Origin: the human T2T-CHM13v2.0 reference genome, Homo sapiens
Assembly: GCF_009914755.1 (NCBI RefSeq)
Contig: NC_060934.1
Length of the DNA stretch: 64,000 bases
Direction: 5' to 3' (one strand)
Position 1 is the first letter of the stretch, and every line of letters starts with the position of its first letter. The position numbers were made by a program, and so were the translations under genes. Under the pieces are notes generated by a model. The model did not search any database. It was not told the DNA's origin and was given only the letters and a program-made list of their open reading frames with translations. Shown piece by piece: positions 61,896 through 64,000 of this stretch.

Positions 61896-62619
61896 CAAAA
61901 CTGCCTTTGCAAAATTATGACAATAAAAGAAATCTGACATGCTCGACTCCATTTCGCTTCTAACCTCTGAGCTGTCCTTGGTCATTCCTGGGTGTAGAAC
62001 AAGCTAACTTTGGGAGAAGAAATTTAGTTTATAGTTTAACCTTAACGCAATGATGATAATAGCCTTCCCTAAAACTAAACTTCCTTTATAAAACCCATGA
62101 AAGGCCACAGGTTAGGATTATGAGAGGGGCCTGAATTCTGCTAAGATGTAGGCATAAAGGATAGCCAGCCGTTGTTCTGCAGGTCACAAAATTTGTAACG
62201 TTCCCAATTATTACTGTAGATAACATCATTATTGTAAAACCTAAGATTGGCCTTTTGAGATTTTTTTTAGACTTTTGCATTTCTGAAGATCGGCTGACTC
62301 TCCTCTGGCTGCAACTCCTGACTCAACATGTCTTGTGGCCTCCATCCAGAGGCAGAAGCAGTGCACGAGGACCATTTTCCACACTCCCTATGATTTCATT
62401 CCCAACCAATCAACATTTCCCACTCCCTAGCCCCCGGACCATCAAACTATCCTTGAAAAACCCTAACCTCTCTGCCTTTCGGGGGACTGGTTTAAGTGGT
62501 AACTCCATCAACCATTATGGCCAGACTTGCATCAGTTAAACTCTTTACTACAAAGCCACAATCTCAGTGAATTGATTTTGTCTATGTAGTGGGCAGGAAG
62601 AACCCATCAGGTGATCACA
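61896..62619 (+). mobile_element. LTR8A/B solo LTR (ERV1)
   Basis: aaactgcctttgcaaaattatgac...gactccat...ggttaggattatgagagggg...gggcaggaagaacccatcagg; 724 bp; TSD gaac / ggac. Confidence 0.87.
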
Positions 62620-62659
62620 GGACTTTATATCACAAATATTCCATTTAAGTCATGGCAAT

Positions 62660-63200
62660 ACACTGACTTTGGGCAAATCAGTTTATCTTTTGGGGCCTTC
62701 ATTGTCTCACCTATAAAATGTAAAATAATTTTACCTGCCCTCTTTATTTCCTAAAGTTGTTGTGAGGGTTGCATGGTATCATATTTTGAAATGGTCCTAT
62801 AATTTAGAAATAATCATATAGAAAGAGATCAATGGTGAATATGTTGCATTTTATAGGAGAGGCAACAGGGTTCGGAGAACCTAACTGACTTTCCCAAAGC
62901 AATGAGTTAATTATTATCTGTCAGTACTTATGCGATAATGAACATAACGATAGCAATAAACATAGCTAGTACTTACTGAAAATTTACTGTGTGATAACCA
63001 CTCTTTCAAGCATTCTGTATGTTAATATACGTAGTCCTTTCTGAAACAAACTATGAAGTAGCTACTCTTATTATCCACATTTTTCCGGTGAGCAATATCA
63101 GAGAGAGATTTAAGTAACTTGTCTAAGGTTATGCAATTAGCAAATGGTAGAGCCAGTATTTCAACCCGGGAGTCTAGGTTCAGAATCTATATTTACAGAA
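62660..63200. mobile_element. MIR cluster (+ about 62660-62780; - about 62840-62920 and 62940-63200)
   Basis: tgactttgggcaaatc..ctataaaatg; ttaagtaacttgtctaaggttatgcaattagcaaatggtagagccag. Confidence 0.7.
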
Positions 63201-63717
63201 CAAATTACGGTCATATTTATGTTTTTTGCAGATGTGAAAGATCCGCTTTCAATCAATTCCCAACAGTTGATTGAGCCTCAGTGATGAACATTAGGATAAT
63301 ACTTGCCACTTTCTAAAGCCTCATTAGTAAATGTAATCATTTTCTAATCTTGGGGAAGTTGTTCTTTTTTGTCTAGGTCTTTGCATGGAGATTTGGTGAC
63401 TGTGTTGGTGTTTTACTTTGTTTTATTCTATTTCCTTTATTGTTCGTCCACCAATTTGTTGTGTATTATATCTGAACCCCTTGATCTGTGAATCAGCCCG
63501 GCTAAACTCTTATGTCTTGTATCATAATACACTTTACAAATGAAATCTCACCCCATGGCTTACATTTCAGTCCTGACTTTAAGTTAACTACCAGGCTAAA
63601 CTCAGTAACAGTTCTAGCAACTGCCCTCACTAAAAATACATATGGGATTTCTAATCAAGTCTTGATAATCTGCCCTCGGTAAAAATCATTGTTAGTCTTT
63701 TAAAAATGAAGAACTCT

Positions 63718-63772
63718 GTCTCCCTTTCTGTCTCTTTTTCTCTTTCCCTCTCTTTCTCTCTCTCACACACAC
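63718..63772. repeat. (CT)n/(CA)n low-complexity repeat
   Basis: Direct reading. Confidence 0.8.
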
Positions 63773-64000
63773 AAATATACATGCTCACGCAGAAAAAAAT
63801 TTCTAAAGTGTCTTGCTGTTTGATTTAAAAAAAAAAAATGGACTTTGTGCTACAGACCAAAGTCTAGGTTAGTCATTAAACATTTAAGATATCATGTTCT
63901 TGGTATTGAATGAAAAGCTCCCAAAATTTAGTCCATGATAGTTCATTGCCAAAATAAAGAAGCGAAAATGTAAAGCCAGAGTGAAATCGTTCTGCACAGT

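Overview
This is AT-rich, CpG-depleted primate (very probably human) genomic DNA, intergenic or deep-intronic and dominated by transposon fossils. I see no host protein-coding exon, tRNA/rRNA gene or CRISPR array, and nearly all tracked ORFs are Alu/L1/microsatellite read-throughs. Main content: about 14 Alu/FLAM copies (most with target-site duplications, TSDs), a full-length decayed L1PA6-like element (32192-38317), an L1PB-like element carrying a nested L1PA5-like insert and an AluY, old L1M/L2/MIR/CR1 fragments, DNA transposons (MER6, MER82, MER1A, MER5, MADE1), a heavily deleted ERV1 provirus remnant (4369-6410) and a dense nested LTR cluster at 55.3-62.6 kb. I found no evidence for a new multi-gene biological system. 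The most unusual signals are small mutational scars and candidate regulatory modules: a ~215-bp non-tandem duplication whose second copy grew a large microsatellite, a patchwork templated insertion inside an L2, a symmetrically mutated MADE1 hairpin, an open ORF0-like frame in the L1 5'UTR, and a MER41B/THE1A/MLT1E nest retaining GAS- and DUX4-like motifs. Subfamily names come from recalled consensus sequences and need RepeatMasker/Dfam confirmation; boundaries of old elements are approximate.
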